Of a stretch of 64,000 bases of DNA, positions 62,886 through 64,000 are shown piece after piece (the first letter of the stretch is position 1; every line of letters begins with the position of its first letter). The DNA comes from Ylistrum balloti. Taxonomy: Eukaryota. The translations under genes were made by a program, and so were the position numbers. The notes beneath the pieces were generated by a model that saw nothing but the letters and a program-made list of their open reading frames with translations, was not told where the DNA came from and made no database searches. Where the stretch lies: assembly GCF_031769215.1 (NCBI RefSeq), contig NW_026782328.1, forward strand, positions 1,116,001 through 1,180,000, written 5' to 3'.

Positions 62886-64000
62886 GTACGTACGTCATGA
62901 GGTTCAAAACATCAATTTTACTCAAGGTATGAAGAATCAGTGAACATAAACAGCTGACCATTGTTGTTGTGGGATTTTTTTTTTTTTTTTTTGTTTTTGT
63001 TTGTTTTGTTTCTTTTATGACAATAAATTAACTTTACACTTAAGGGAGTACATGAAGACGTGTCTGAGCATTGGTGATCAGTCAGAACTGATGAAATAAG
63101 AATATGAACAGAGAAAATGAGACCGGTACGTATTCAAACTTTCCGATCGATTTACTATTAATGTTAGTATATTTCATCACACAGAACATTAACTTGCTGG
63201 TAGTTGTAAGTATTCTATTTAAAGTTCCTGGACATACATTTCTTTCTAAAGGTTACACAGGACGGAGAGACACTGGTAACAAATGTTCCTTTGTATATGC
63301 ATCGCCTTATAATCCATGGGTCATTGTTATTACACCACGTTCACGTTAGCTGGCATACTACAGCTTGATTATTAAACGGAATGTATTCTTACGTTCGGAT
63401 GTCAAGCACGTTAGCACCTGGAAATCGTTAAAGCTTTTTCTAAACTGGAGTTTCCATTATGAAAAATATATGTACAGACTTTCCAAAGTCATCATTTGAG
63501 GATAGTATACGTAGCCTATGTCGTTTAACGAAGAGTGTTTCAAAATTTATATATATTTATCTTTATTTCATGAAATCCCAGACACGTGTCTCGCATGTCG
63601 ATGATATCAAAATTATTTAGGATAGGTTACTACTCATTGGTGTAACTATATTTCACCTGTAATTAATCATTCATACTGCAATAGTAGCACGTGATTACCG
63701 TTTTTTGTAGGTACCCGTTAACGTTAAAATGCTTTTTGCGTTTTGCCCACTACCATAATGAGAACTGAAATAACTTAACAATATCTATAAAGTTATCACA
63801 TGAACGTCCCGTCTCATGTTATTATTATTACATGTTCTTTGTTCTCTTTTTATTACTGGTGACTTCGTTGTTTATTTGTAATGTATAATCAATAAGGCAA
63901 TAGTTTCAGCAACATAAGTATCGTAAGCTACGTATATAGTAAATCTTGATTTACTCCCGACTTTCTTCAGATGTAATATACACGCTTTCTGTTTCAAGCT

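Noticed and set aside
62886-64000. Definite final exon of the decarboxylase
   Set aside because: Read-through (WYVRHE..Q*), the acceptor at 63710 (WYPLTL..N*) and the acceptor at 63970 (immediate TGA) are all possible, and none can be chosen without transcripts. The true exon may lie outside the window.

Overview
AT-rich eukaryotic genomic DNA with spliceosomal introns and one 131-N assembly gap (60369-60499). The transposon families (Naiad-type Penelope elements, CR1-like and I-like LINE ends, mariner relics, ~150-bp satellite-like repeats) suggest a bivalve mollusc; this is an inference. By manual splicing I reconstructed five genes: two 13-exon SLC6 (Na+/Cl- neurotransmitter/amino-acid symporter family) paralogs on + (2300-11326, 660 aa; 24672-37338, 661 aa), two 5-exon cytosolic sulfotransferase paralogs (13846-17907 +, 298 aa; 42258-45906 -, 296 aa), and a fold-III PLP decarboxylase of the ornithine decarboxylase family (about 52078/54062-62885+, +, last exon unresolved). 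Scrambled relic exons of further SLC6 copies lie at 47000-49130. The main candidate system is a transporter + sulfotransferase + decarboxylase cluster. Both SLC6s have Gly where LeuT has Phe259, predicting an enlarged amino-acid pocket. The decarboxylase keeps its PLP chemistry but has lost the two acidic residues that bind ornithine and gained an Arg in the specificity helix. The SLC6->SULT adjacency was carried along in an inverted duplication, and both gene pairs show exon-scale sequence homogenisation. A shared pathway is a hypothesis; nothing in the sequence demonstrates function. No prokaryotic features (operons, CRISPR, rRNA) are present.
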